Source of the DNA: Escherichia coli
GTDB lineage: Bacteria; Pseudomonadota; Gammaproteobacteria; Enterobacterales; Enterobacteriaceae
Assembly: GCF_050320075.1 (NCBI RefSeq)
Contig: NZ_CP190018.1
DNA: 64,000 nt
Direction: 5' to 3' (one strand)
Under the pieces are notes generated by a model. The model saw nothing but the letters and a program-made list of their open reading frames with translations, was not told where the DNA came from and made no database searches. Every line of letters starts with the position of its first letter. Position 1 is the first letter of the stretch. Position numbers and translations under genes: made by a program. Of the stretch, positions 1 through 8,272 are shown one piece after another.

Positions 1-95
1 CGTTGAGATTTTGCCTGCGGACGTCCTGGATACTTTTCATTTTCTGGAAAATCGCCTCATATATGAATCAGTAGATGATTCAATTTAAAGCAATA

Positions 96-158
96 TTACC
101 CAACAGGTAAATGCACCTCATGGGTAACTATCCTTGATTTTTGTTACCTTATGGGTGA
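96..158. promoter_or_regulatory. Operator cluster: three TTACC-N5-GGTAA type palindromes (96-110 perfect; 113-127 and 144-158 degenerate) upstream of Cro-like gene
   Basis: Read directly: TTACCCAACAGGTAA, GCACCTCATGGGTAA, TTACCTTATGGGTGA, spaced like a lambdoid OR region. Confidence 0.6.
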
Positions 159-194
159 ATATTTATTATCTGAAATAAATATCAGGCAATAGCT

Positions 195-425
195 ATGAGC
201 GATAACGGACATTTCGATTTCAAAAAGCACTGGCTTGCACTTACTCCGGATGAGCGTGAAGCCTTCGCACAGGAAGCCGGAACGACGAGTCACTATATCC
301 AGACTCACTTAACAGGTAAGCGCAAAATGCCAGGTAAAGTATTGATGAATGGGCTTTTTAAAGCCTGTAAAACAAGACAATGGCTGCGCTCAAAAGCAGA
401 ACTGGCATACTTCTTCTACTCATGA
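195..425 (+). CDS. Cro/CI-type helix-turn-helix regulator (Cro-like)
   Basis: 76 aa ORF; HTH-like segment AFAQEAGTTSHYIQTHLTGKRKMP; sits directly downstream of the operator cluster and upstream of the replication genes. Confidence 0.6.
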   Translation: MSDNGHFDFKKHWLALTPDEREAFAQEAGTTSHYIQTHLTGKRKMPGKVLMNGLFKACKTRQWLRSKAELAYFFYS

Positions 426-446
426 TATCCAGCTACAACCCTCTGT

Positions 447-470
447 AGACCGCCACCCGGCGGTCTTTTC
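447..470 (+). terminator. Rho-independent terminator after Cro-like gene
   Basis: Hairpin AGACCGCC-ACCC-GGCGGTCT followed by TTTT. Confidence 0.6.
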
Positions 471-480
471 ATATCTATTC

Positions 481-495
481 GTACCTCAAAGGTAA
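481..495. promoter_or_regulatory. Operator-like palindrome GTACC-TCAAA-GGTAA
   Basis: One-mismatch copy of the TTACC-N5-GGTAA motif, intergenic, followed by TAATAA. Confidence 0.5.
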
Positions 496-539
496 TAAAA
501 AACCAAATATGGTTGATATTTTTTTTGTGTCAGCACAAA

Positions 540-776
540 ATGACCGTAATCCCAATACTAATAACAGGGCTTACCATGGAAATCATTACACGTATTGATG
601 CCGCAAAGCGCGGACTTAAACGCTACTACACCGGAAAAACATGTAAGCACGGACATGACAGTGAACGCTGGGTTTACAACGGACACTGTGTTGAGTGCAC
701 CATGGAATCAAACCGTCGTATCAGGGCAGAGATTAAGCAGATCATGATTAATTCCTCCCCACAACATTCAAGCTGA
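540..776 (+). CDS. Hypothetical small Cys/His-rich (possible zinc-ribbon) protein; start uncertain (TTG 513, ATG 540 or ATG 576)
   Basis: ORF with CKHGHDSERWVYNGHCVEC segment; occupies the position between cro and the replication genes. Confidence 0.4.
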   Translation: MTVIPILITGLTMEIITRIDAAKRGLKRYYTGKTCKHGHDSERWVYNGHCVECTMESNRRIRAEIKQIMINSSPQHSS

Positions 777-791
777 TAGCGGAGATTAATC

Positions 792-1607
792 ATGAGCAGA
801 CATGCAACAGATTGGGCCTGGGAGACAGATCCAGGTAGCTCATCATTAAAGCTCATACTGCTCTCGATGGCTGACAGAGCCGATGAATATAACCTCTGCT
901 ACCCCAGCATAGAACGCCTCGTTAAAGACACTTGCCTGAATAAAAAAACCGTGCAGGCCGGGCTTATATCGCTCATGAAAATGGGGCTTATTTCAGATAC
1001 CGGAGAGAGAAAGGGAGCGACAAAAAGAGTGCGGGTTTTCTCTCTTAATATAACCAAAAACGGGAACATTAAAGGCAACCGGGAAGGGGGTAATGAACCC
1101 GAAATCGGTAATGTTACCGAAAACGGGAATATACCCAAAAACGGGATGTTGAATGATCCCAAAAACGGGATGTTGAATGATCCCAAAAACGGGATCCAGA
1201 ACCAGTCATATAACCAGTCATTTAACCAAGAGAGGGAGAGCAGGACAAAAAGCGGGGATTCTGTGCCTCATGACCCCGGAGCAAACAACGCCGTGATGAA
1301 TAACTTTGTTCCTCCTGGTGGGCCAGGGCAATTAGGCAAATTTGTCATGCATGAACAATGGCAGCCATCAGATGACTTTCTTCGGAAAAGCTCATTGCAG
1401 GGGATCTACCTGGACAGTCTGCCAACGGCACAGGAACTTGCAGAGTTCAGAATTTACTGGATGGCTGAGGGTAAGGCATACCATCAGGCACAGTGGGAGC
1501 AGAAGCTGGCAAGGCGGCTGCAGATTAGCAGACAGAAGCAATCAACATTACCTGATAACAACGTTCCGCACTGGAACAGCCCTGAAGCATGGGAGGATTT
1601 CTTGTGA
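792..1607 (+). CDS. Replication initiator, lambda O-like (N-terminal winged-helix DNA-binding domain, iterons inside the gene)
   Basis: 271 aa; GGAG RBS; repeated peptide PKNGMLND encoded by tandem DNA repeats; immediately followed by the P-like gene. Confidence 0.7.
   Translation: MSRHATDWAWETDPGSSSLKLILLSMADRADEYNLCYPSIERLVKDTCLNKKTVQAGLISLMKMGLISDTGERKGATKRVRVFSLNITKNGNIKGNREGGNEPEIGNVTENGNIPKNGMLNDPKNGMLNDPKNGIQNQSYNQSFNQERESRTKSGDSVPHDPGANNAVMNNFVPPGGPGQLGKFVMHEQWQPSDDFLRKSSLQGIYLDSLPTAQELAEFRIYWMAEGKAYHQAQWEQKLARRLQISRQKQSTLPDNNVPHWNSPEAWEDFL
1054..1200. repeat. Iteron array (probable phage origin): two perfect 24-bp units CCCAAAAACGGGATGTTGAATGAT (1134-1157, 1158-1181), a third truncated unit (1182-1200), and degenerate copies at 1054-1068 and 1116-1130
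   Basis: Direct tandem repeats read in the sequence, followed by the short direct repeat ACCAGTCATATAACCAGTCATTTAACC. Confidence 0.7.
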
Positions 1608-2389
1608 ACAACGTTTTTACCGCGATACAAAACCGTGACGGAGAAGCCCTTTCTCGCATGTCAGGTTATGAGCATCAGTACGTCAACAATGACAATGTGG
1701 TGAACATGTCAGCAGAGAGGCTTGTTGATGCCCTTTTTAAACAGCTGAAACAACTGTTTCCGGCGGCAGTGGTAACCAACCTGAAGACGCCAGAGCAGGA
1801 AGTTGCTGCAAAACAGCAGTGGATTGCTGCGTTTGCCGAAGGGGGGATCCGAACCCGTGAACAGGTTTCTGCTGGTATGCGCCACGCCCGCGCCAGTGAA
1901 TCTCCGTTCTGGCCGTCTCCAGGGCAATTTATCAAGTGGTGCAAAGACAGCAAGATGGTTCTTGGCGTCACCATTGACGATGTGATGGCGGAGTTTCACC
2001 GGTACAGCAAGGAAAAAAGTTTATATCCTGGTGGTCCCGAAAGATTCCCGTGGCGACATCCGGTTATGTACTGGGTCGTATGTGATACCCGCCGTGCAAT
2101 GTATCAGCGCCAGCTTAGCGAGATTGAGGTTGAGAAACACGCACGCAGGCTGCTCGATGATTGGGCGAAAAAGGTGGCTTCCGGACAGCAGATACCCGAT
2201 CCGGTGATCAGCATACAGGCAAAGCCAGAGCCCATGAGTACGCCTCCGGACACAGGGAGAGACGTTTACCATCCACCAGGGCGAAGTTTCGGGTGCATGC
2301 CTAACGCCGCCACCCTTGGGGGAATAACACCGGCGCAGTGGCTGATGGAGGAATACAGGCGGGGAAAGGCGGCAGGATTTATCAAGTAA
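1589..2389 (+). CDS. Replication protein P-like (DnaB helicase loader); start 1589 or GTG 1605
   Basis: Matches my recollection of lambda P, e.g. QQWIAAFAEGGIRTREQVSAGMRHARASESPFWPSPGQFIKWCKD versus lambda RQWVLAFRENGITTMEQVNAGMRVARRQNRPFLPSPGQFVAWCRE. Confidence 0.8.
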   Translation: MGGFLVNNVFTAIQNRDGEALSRMSGYEHQYVNNDNVVNMSAERLVDALFKQLKQLFPAAVVTNLKTPEQEVAAKQQWIAAFAEGGIRTREQVSAGMRHARASESPFWPSPGQFIKWCKDSKMVLGVTIDDVMAEFHRYSKEKSLYPGGPERFPWRHPVMYWVVCDTRRAMYQRQLSEIEVEKHARRLLDDWAKKVASGQQIPDPVISIQAKPEPMSTPPDTGRDVYHPPGRSFGCMPNAATLGGITPAQWLMEEYRRGKAAGFIK

Positions 2390-2426
2390 TACCAGCGCGA
2401 TAGCGCATTTTTTTACGTCTATATGA

Positions 2427-2503
2427 TTACCTGGAAGGTAATAAAATGTTCTAATCTCTATTGATTTCATGTCTTATGTGGTTTTTAATTACCTAAGGGG
2501 TAA
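2427..2503. promoter_or_regulatory. Two operator-like palindromes (2427-2441 TTACCTGGAAGGTAA; 2489-2503 TTACCTAAGGGGTAA) flanking a promoter region; the second abuts the start codon at 2507
   Basis: Perfect TTACC-N5-GGTAA copies read in the sequence. Confidence 0.6.
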
Positions 2504-2506
2504 ATC

Positions 2507-2854
2507 ATGAGAAAACAGATACAGGCTCTTGGTCGACTCAAAACAGGCCAGATGAACAAAACAGAATCTGCGTATTGCCAGCACCTTGAGCTGCGTAAAC
2601 GTGCAGGGGAAATCGCCTGGTATCGATTCGAGGGTATCAAGCTGCGGTTAGCTAATAACACGTTCTATACGCCCGATTTCGCTGTGATGCTCGCCACCGG
2701 CGAGATGGAGCTGCACGAAGTGAAAGGGGGATTCTGGACCGATGACGCCAGAGTGAAAACCAAAGTCGCCGCAGATCAGTATCCGTTCCGAATCATCGGG
2801 GTAACGGTTAAACCAAAGAAAGCAGGTGGTGGCTGGAACATCGAAGAGTTCTGA
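2507..2854 (+). CDS. DUF1064-like protein (putative PD-(D/E)XK-type nuclease of phage replication modules)
   Basis: 115 aa; motif YTPDFAV...ELHEVKGG resembles the DUF1064 signature as recalled. Confidence 0.5.
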   Translation: MRKQIQALGRLKTGQMNKTESAYCQHLELRKRAGEIAWYRFEGIKLRLANNTFYTPDFAVMLATGEMELHEVKGGFWTDDARVKTKVAADQYPFRIIGVTVKPKKAGGGWNIEEF

Positions 2855-2915
2855 ATCGACGATCTATTTAGTTATCAATGTAATCAATAAGTTATGTGGA
2901 TAAGCGAGGGTAAAG

Positions 2916-3482
2916 ATGGAAAGTAATATCAAAGGGTTAGTTGCCGCCGGGCATGAGATGGCTTCGGAACTGAAAGCAGAATGTGGTGCCGTTGATATGC
3001 GCAGTGTGGCAAAGCTGATCAGCGATTTGGCAACGCAACTGGAAGTGCAACTGGTGCGTGCTAATGCGCTGGCGGCGGAGAGTGCGGCAATGCATGAAAC
3101 TATTGAAGCCGTTCGGAGTGTTGCGGATAACTCCAGTGGAATTGCCGGATGGCATTTGAATGGCGATATCGCTACATGGGAAGAGATTCTTCCTGAAATT
3201 AACGATATCGAAACTCCAGCCACCGATGCTTTCCTGGCTGAAATTCGTGCGGAAGCACGCAACGAGGGGATTAACTATACCGCCAGCCGTCTTGCTGCTG
3301 CGTTCAATCACGGATTTATCAATAAATCTTTGCGTGAAGTTTTCGACGTTACACGCATGATTTTGTCAGCGAAAGAAGAGTTGGCTAATGAACCGCATCC
3401 GATTGATGGCCTGTCCGGTGAATATGCGGAGAAATCCCTTGAAGAATGGGCGGAACAGATTCGCAAAGGAGGCAAGCAGTGA
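2916..3482 (+). CDS. Hypothetical phage protein (nin-like region)
   Basis: 188 aa ORF, same strand, compact spacing. Confidence 0.5.
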   Translation: MESNIKGLVAAGHEMASELKAECGAVDMRSVAKLISDLATQLEVQLVRANALAAESAAMHETIEAVRSVADNSSGIAGWHLNGDIATWEEILPEINDIETPATDAFLAEIRAEARNEGINYTASRLAAAFNHGFINKSLREVFDVTRMILSAKEELANEPHPIDGLSGEYAEKSLEEWAEQIRKGGKQ

Positions 3483-3778
3483 GTGTATATCTTATTGATA
3501 AACGTCGACGTGGGCAACAAATACCACCTGTAGGAATTCCGAATCACACATGGTTTTGCGTACTTGATATCGATGGTATGGATGCGTTGGTTGACACTCG
3601 TCATTACTGCGATACCGCAACAGCTACTCCGGCGAAAGCAAAGAAAATGGCTGCTCTGATAGAAAACTGGACTCCACCTGATGGTTGGTGCAATGGGAAT
3701 GATCGAGATTGGCATGAAAAAATGAAGGGCTATATCTGCGATTTCTTACGTAAATGCAACGGATTCAGGGTGATGTGA
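3480..3778 (+). CDS. Hypothetical phage protein (GTG start)
   Basis: ORF overlapping the previous stop; start placement uncertain. Confidence 0.4.
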
Positions 3779-3779
3779 C

Positions 3780-4337
3780 ATGAACAAGATTGACTATCAG
3801 GCACTGCGTGAGGCGGCAGAGAAGGCAACGTGGGGAGACTGGGACTCATATAAACCACACCGTGGCGCACGTGGTTATGAGGTCCGACTAAGTAGTCAGG
3901 CCATTGCGCAACACGTTCTGAAAAACAACGCTGAATTTATTGCTGCCTTTAATCCAAAGATTGCTTTGGCACTACTGGATGAACGGGAAAGGAACCAGCA
4001 ATACATCAAATCCCGCGACCAGGAGAACGAGGATATTGCACTAACGGTAGGGAAGTTGCGCGTTGAGCTGGAAGCAGCAAAATCAAAACTCAACGAGCAG
4101 CGTGAGTATTACGAAGGTGTTATCTCTGATGGGAGTAAGCGCATAGCAGAGTTAGAAAGTGGTTCTCAGGCACAAAAGTTAGTTGAAGCAATCATTGTTG
4201 CGATAGAAAACGAACAGGAACGTCTTTTTGATGAAGATTACCTAATGGATTCGAAAGAATGCATTGACGTAATTCGTGAAGAAGTAAAGCGATGGGATGA
4301 TTCCCGCGCCGCTGGCATTGGCATCAAAGGAGAGTGA
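3780..4337 (+). CDS. ead/Ea22-like family protein
   Basis: 185 aa; N-terminus MNKIDYQALREAAEKATWGDWDSY resembles the lambdoid Ea22-like N-terminal signature; coiled-coil middle. Confidence 0.55.
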   Translation: MNKIDYQALREAAEKATWGDWDSYKPHRGARGYEVRLSSQAIAQHVLKNNAEFIAAFNPKIALALLDERERNQQYIKSRDQENEDIALTVGKLRVELEAAKSKLNEQREYYEGVISDGSKRIAELESGSQAQKLVEAIIVAIENEQERLFDEDYLMDSKECIDVIREEVKRWDDSRAAGIGIKGE

Positions 4338-4338
4338 T

Positions 4339-4602
4339 ATGGCAACTTTGACAAAAAAAGAACAAGCATGGTTGAGCGAATTACAGGACGTTCTTGATCG
4401 CTGCCCATCACCGAAAAAAATTGGTTTTTACACCATTGGCGATAAAAGCATTTACCTGTATGACCTGCGCCGCATGGATGAAATCATGGAGGCTCTTGAT
4501 AATCGTTCGTCAATGGATTGGTGTGTTGCTGTTCATGATATGAATGCCGGATTTGATGAAAAGATTTTATTCCCCTCATCAGTTGAAAGTACAGCAGGAT
4601 AA
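4339..4602 (+). CDS. Hypothetical phage protein
   Basis: ATG 4339 preceded by GGAGAG; 87 aa. Confidence 0.45.
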   Translation: MATLTKKEQAWLSELQDVLDRCPSPKKIGFYTIGDKSIYLYDLRRMDEIMEALDNRSSMDWCVAVHDMNAGFDEKILFPSSVESTAG

Positions 4603-4612
4603 GGACTAACAC

Positions 4613-5542
4613 ATGACCACTATTACCAAAGAGCGACTGCTGACAATCAGGCAGTGGCGCGAAACATACGGACCTGGTAGCAACGTTGTACTGCCAGCAG
4701 AAGAAGCGGAAGAACTGGCACGAATTGCTCTGGCATCGCTGGAGCAGAATGTACTATCGGGCAACTCTCCGCTTATTCCTGGTGAAGTGTTGTCCGCAAT
4801 CCGGGAGGTTGCCAGGATTCGTGCCGATTTCGATGATTTTGACGGTGACAGGCGAGGTATCGGTGATTGTCTGGATGAGGCCGAGCAAGAGCTTATCGTT
4901 ACCATTAACAAATATGCCAGTCAGTTGGCAGCAGAACCGATAGCGACTAATGACGTTCGAGAGCAGCAGACAGCCGTTCCGCCAGTTCCGGAAATACAGG
5001 ATGATGTCGCGCAAGCAATTGAAAATCTCAAGCAGAAGTTAGTGGAATGCAATCGCTATAACTACTGCGCAGATGCAGTTAAAGGCGTAGAGGATGCCTG
5101 CCATGCTGCCATGCTTCATAGTGCCGAACCTGCAAGTAATCATGAAGAGTTGCCGCTTGATTATCTCCAAGGTCAAAAAGATGGTCTTGAATGGGCTGCG
5201 CAGCTTGCAGAAGCAAATCACCCACAAACTGGCGACTGGCTTTACGATGACCCGCTGGAGGTGGCTAAAGCTATCAGAAAAGGTCCTGACATGCCCGAAT
5301 TCGATGGACCAACTCCGGCAACTCCGGATGGTTGGATAAGCTGTAGTGAGCGAATGCCGAACGATAAACAGTATGTTTGGTGTTGGGGTAAGTCTTACGG
5401 CTGGACTGAGTGCGATACCTTCGAAGGGTATTACGATTGGTCGAGAAACAAATGGTGGGCAGTTACTGACGATGGGGAAGAACCGGCATCGAAAGTAACC
5501 CACTGGATGCCGCTACCAGAACCGCCGCAGGAGGTGAAGTGA
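4613..5542 (+). CDS. DUF551 domain protein (nin-region type)
   Basis: 309 aa; C-terminal Trp-rich segment WCWGKSYGWTECDTFEGYYDWSRNKWWAV...THWMPLPEPP resembles DUF551. Confidence 0.55.
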   Translation: MTTITKERLLTIRQWRETYGPGSNVVLPAEEAEELARIALASLEQNVLSGNSPLIPGEVLSAIREVARIRADFDDFDGDRRGIGDCLDEAEQELIVTINKYASQLAAEPIATNDVREQQTAVPPVPEIQDDVAQAIENLKQKLVECNRYNYCADAVKGVEDACHAAMLHSAEPASNHEELPLDYLQGQKDGLEWAAQLAEANHPQTGDWLYDDPLEVAKAIRKGPDMPEFDGPTPATPDGWISCSERMPNDKQYVWCWGKSYGWTECDTFEGYYDWSRNKWWAVTDDGEEPASKVTHWMPLPEPPQEVK

Positions 5543-5548
5543 TGAACA

Positions 5549-5671
5549 AGTGCAACGCTCTGCTTTATGCCATGGTGATTGGTTTCGGCCTGGTTGCTGG
5601 TATCCGGGTTTATATTACCTGGGAGTCATTAATCAATCTGGCGTGGAGTGCGATTCGTGGCTAAATCCCCC
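5549..5671 (+). CDS. Small hydrophobic peptide, 40 aa (MNKCNALLYAMVIGFGLVAGIRVYITWESLINLAWSAIRG); not in the ORF track
   Basis: ATG 5549 preceded by strong SD GGAGGTGA; single predicted TM helix; translated by hand. Confidence 0.35.
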
Positions 5672-5995
5672 GCAGAACGCAAAGCCGCGCAGCGCGCTCG
5701 GCAGTCCGCCGCCGGTGAGCGCAAAATTGAACTGGTGCTGGATAAGCAGGAGCAGGAAATGCTGGAGCGTAACTGTGCCACGCGTCGCCCCGGGCGTGCG
5801 CCTTACGAATTTGGGGAGTATATAGCGTTACTGATCCGCCAGGATGATGCACGCGTGCGCGGGCGTATAAAATCGATTAGCAGAAAACGTTGCGGTAAGT
5901 GCGGCGAGAAAGTTCCCGTTAATTCATGCCCGTGTAATGGTGACTCGCAATGCTGGGTGACTAAAGGCTGGCATGAAACGAAATTAATAGTGTGA
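5657..5995 (+). CDS. Hypothetical protein with C-terminal Cys cluster (CGKCGEKVPVNSCPCNGDSQC); possible regulator
   Basis: ORF 5648..5995, likely GTG start at 5657; stop TGA lies inside the GTGACATGTCAC palindrome. Confidence 0.4.
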   Translation: MAKSPAERKAAQRARQSAAGERKIELVLDKQEQEMLERNCATRRPGRAPYEFGEYIALLIRQDDARVRGRIKSISRKRCGKCGEKVPVNSCPCNGDSQCWVTKGWHETKLIV

Positions 5996-6003
5996 CATGT
6001 CAC
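5992..6003. repeat. Perfect 12-bp palindrome GTGACATGTCAC (copy 1)
   Basis: Read directly; overlaps the stop codon at 5993-5995 and precedes the terminator at 6045. Confidence 0.9.
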
Positions 6004-6044
6004 GAGTAGATTATGCATGATGAATTTGATGGGTTTTGAATACT

Positions 6045-6070
6045 GCCGCCAACTATGGCGGCTTTATTTT
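6045..6070 (+). terminator. Rho-independent terminator
   Basis: Hairpin GCCGCC-AACTAT-GGCGGC followed by TTTATTTT. Confidence 0.6.
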
Positions 6071-6081
6071 GCATGGTACTA

Positions 6082-6114
6082 TTACCACAACGGTAACAAT
6101 TACCATGGTGGTTA
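6082..6114. promoter_or_regulatory. Operator-like palindromes at 6082-6096 (TTACCACAACGGTAA) and 6100-6114 (TTACCATGGTGGTTA, degenerate) upstream of terminase genes
   Basis: Read directly; they lie inside the over-extended track ORF 6036..6710. Confidence 0.55.
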
Positions 6115-6710
6115 TGATGCCTGCTGAACCTAAAACCTATAAACGCAAATCAACGCAATTTAAGCCACTAACCGCAATGCAGGAGGCTTATTGCCAGTCA
6201 TACATCAAAACGCCTGAAAACCAGACTCAGGCAGCGATTAACGCAGGATTCTCCCCAAATACAGCGGCAGTTAAAGCCAGTGTCATGATGCGCGATGAAC
6301 GCATTCAAAAACGGATTGCCGAGTTGATGGAGGAGCGCAACAAACGAATGCGCGTCAGTGCCGATTACGTTCTCATGCGCCTGGTGGAGATCGACCAGAT
6401 GGACGTGATTGATATCCTCAATGACGATGGGAGCCTTAAGCCAATCCGCGAGTGGCCGAAAATCTGGCGCACTACGCTTAGTGGCTTTGATCTGTCATCG
6501 ACCATCATGAACATGAACGAGGATTCGATAGAGACAATTCTCAAAAAAATTAAATGGCCTGACAAGGTGAAGAACCTCGAACTGATTGGTAAGCACGTCG
6601 ACGTCAATGCATTCAAAGAACGCCTGGATGTTAATGTGAATGTGACAATTGCTGATCGCATAGCGGCAGCCAGGAAGCGACTCAAAGAACGTCAGGATGG
6701 TAATCAGTGA
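6114..6710 (+). CDS. Terminase small subunit (start trimmed from track ORF 6036; true start 6105-6117 uncertain)
   Basis: Segment LTAMQEAYCQSYIKTPENQTQAAINAGFSPNTAAVKASVMMRDERIQKRIAEL resembles the terminase small-subunit DNA-binding domain; directly upstream of the large subunit. Confidence 0.6.
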   Translation: MMPAEPKTYKRKSTQFKPLTAMQEAYCQSYIKTPENQTQAAINAGFSPNTAAVKASVMMRDERIQKRIAELMEERNKRMRVSADYVLMRLVEIDQMDVIDILNDDGSLKPIREWPKIWRTTLSGFDLSSTIMNMNEDSIETILKKIKWPDKVKNLELIGKHVDVNAFKERLDVNVNVTIADRIAAARKRLKERQDGNQ

Positions 6711-8182
6711 CAGATACAGCGTTATCTCCTGAAGAGCAGTTGATCGAGGATATTGCAGGGTTCACTCACGATCCGCTTGGCTATGCCCTCTATGCGTTCC
6801 CGTGGGGGGAAGAGGGGACTGAACTGGCACATGCTACCGGCCCACGTCAGTGGCAGGCTGATGCGTTCCGAGAGATACGTGATCACCTGCAGAATCCAGA
6901 GACGCGCTATCAGCCGCTTATGCTGGCACGCGCTTCTGGTCACGGTATTGGTAAATCCGCATTCATCTCAATGCTGATCAACTGGGGCATGTCCACTTGC
7001 GAGGATTGTAAGGTCGTGGTGACCGCCAACACCGACAACCAGCTACGAACGAAGACCTGGCCGGAAATTATCAAGTGGTCGAACCTTGCTATCACGAAAG
7101 ACTGGTTTACCTGTACCGCTACTGCGATGTACAGCAATGATCCTGGGCACGACAAGCGGTGGCGAGCTGACGCAATCCCCTGGTCTGAGCACAACACTGA
7201 GGCATTCGCCGGACTACACAACGAGCGCAAACGCATCATCGTGGTATTCGATGAAGCGTCGAACATTGCGGATCTGGTGTGGGAAGTTGCTGAGGGTGCG
7301 CTTACGGACGAAGACACTGAGATTATCTGGGTGGCGTTCGGAAACCCTACACGTAATACCGGGCGTTTTCGCGAATGTTTCCGCAAATACAAACACCGCT
7401 GGAAAACTGCGCAGATTGACAGCCGGACGGTGGAAGGTACTAACAAACAGCAGTTGCAGAAATGGGTTGATGACTACGGGGAAGACAGCGACTTCGTTAA
7501 AATCCGTGTGCGCGGCATATTCCCTGATGCATCTGAATTGCAGTTTATCCCTACCGGTCTTACTGATGAGGCAATGAAACGGGTGGTAACCGCTGCGCAG
7601 GTTGCACATGCTCCGGTGATAATCGGCGTTGACCCGGCATACTCCGGAGTTGATGACGCTGTGATATACCTGCGGCAGGGGCTGCACAGTAAGGTGCTGT
7701 GGACTGGCAACAAGACCACTGACGATCTGATAATGGCGAAGCGTATCGCTGACTTTGAAGACCAGTACCAGGCTGACGCAGTGTTCATCGACTTCGGTTA
7801 CGGAACTGGTCTGAAGTCAATCGGTGACGGCTGGGGTCGTACATGGCAACTTGTTCCGTTCGGTGGCGCGTCTACTGACCCGCAGATGCTCAACAAGCGT
7901 GGGGAGATGTTCAACTCATGCAAGACATGGCTGAGGCTGGGCGGGATGCTGGATGACCAGGAAACAGCAGACGACCTGTCGACGGCAGAGTACAAAGTTC
8001 GCGTGGACGGTAAAATCGTTATCGAACCGAAGGAAGATATCAAGGAGCGGCTTGGGCGTTCGCCGGGTAAAGGCGATGCGCTACTGCTGACGTTTGCGTT
8101 CCCTGTGTCTAAGCGTCTGCGAATTCCCGGGCAGCAGAACCAGCAAGGCAAGGCCATTACAGATTACGATCCCTATGCTTAA
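6707..8182 (+). CDS. Terminase large subunit
   Basis: 491 aa; P-loop-like ASGHGIGKSAF; overlaps the small-subunit stop; typical size and position. Confidence 0.8.
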   Translation: MTDTALSPEEQLIEDIAGFTHDPLGYALYAFPWGEEGTELAHATGPRQWQADAFREIRDHLQNPETRYQPLMLARASGHGIGKSAFISMLINWGMSTCEDCKVVVTANTDNQLRTKTWPEIIKWSNLAITKDWFTCTATAMYSNDPGHDKRWRADAIPWSEHNTEAFAGLHNERKRIIVVFDEASNIADLVWEVAEGALTDEDTEIIWVAFGNPTRNTGRFRECFRKYKHRWKTAQIDSRTVEGTNKQQLQKWVDDYGEDSDFVKIRVRGIFPDASELQFIPTGLTDEAMKRVVTAAQVAHAPVIIGVDPAYSGVDDAVIYLRQGLHSKVLWTGNKTTDDLIMAKRIADFEDQYQADAVFIDFGYGTGLKSIGDGWGRTWQLVPFGGASTDPQMLNKRGEMFNSCKTWLRLGGMLDDQETADDLSTAEYKVRVDGKIVIEPKEDIKERLGRSPGKGDALLLTFAFPVSKRLRIPGQQNQQGKAITDYDPYA

Positions 8183-8232
8183 TCCGTTAGCGGGGATAAT
8201 GACGGAGATATCCTCTGGTGAGGATAAAACAA

Positions 8233-8259
8233 AGCCAGCTCATCGGCTGGCTGTTTGTG
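8233..8259. terminator. Bidirectional terminator hairpin
   Basis: AGCCAGC-TCATCG-GCTGGCT flanked by T-rich runs on both strands; ends + strand terminase transcription and the minus-strand gene 8273..8644. Confidence 0.6.
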
Positions 8260-8268
8260 ACATGTCAC
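8257..8268. repeat. Perfect 12-bp palindrome GTGACATGTCAC (copy 2)
   Basis: Read directly; between the stop of minus gene 8273..8644 and the terminator hairpin. Confidence 0.9.
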
Positions 8269-8272
8269 GGTG

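Noticed and set aside
5550-5825. Track ORF of 91 aa in another frame
   Set aside because: No RBS and an odd composition; the region is better explained by the 40-aa peptide gene and the 5657-5995 gene.
6036-6113. Extended 5' start of the terminase small subunit ORF
   Set aside because: The extension would read through a terminator hairpin (6045-6070) and the operator palindromes; the start was moved downstream.
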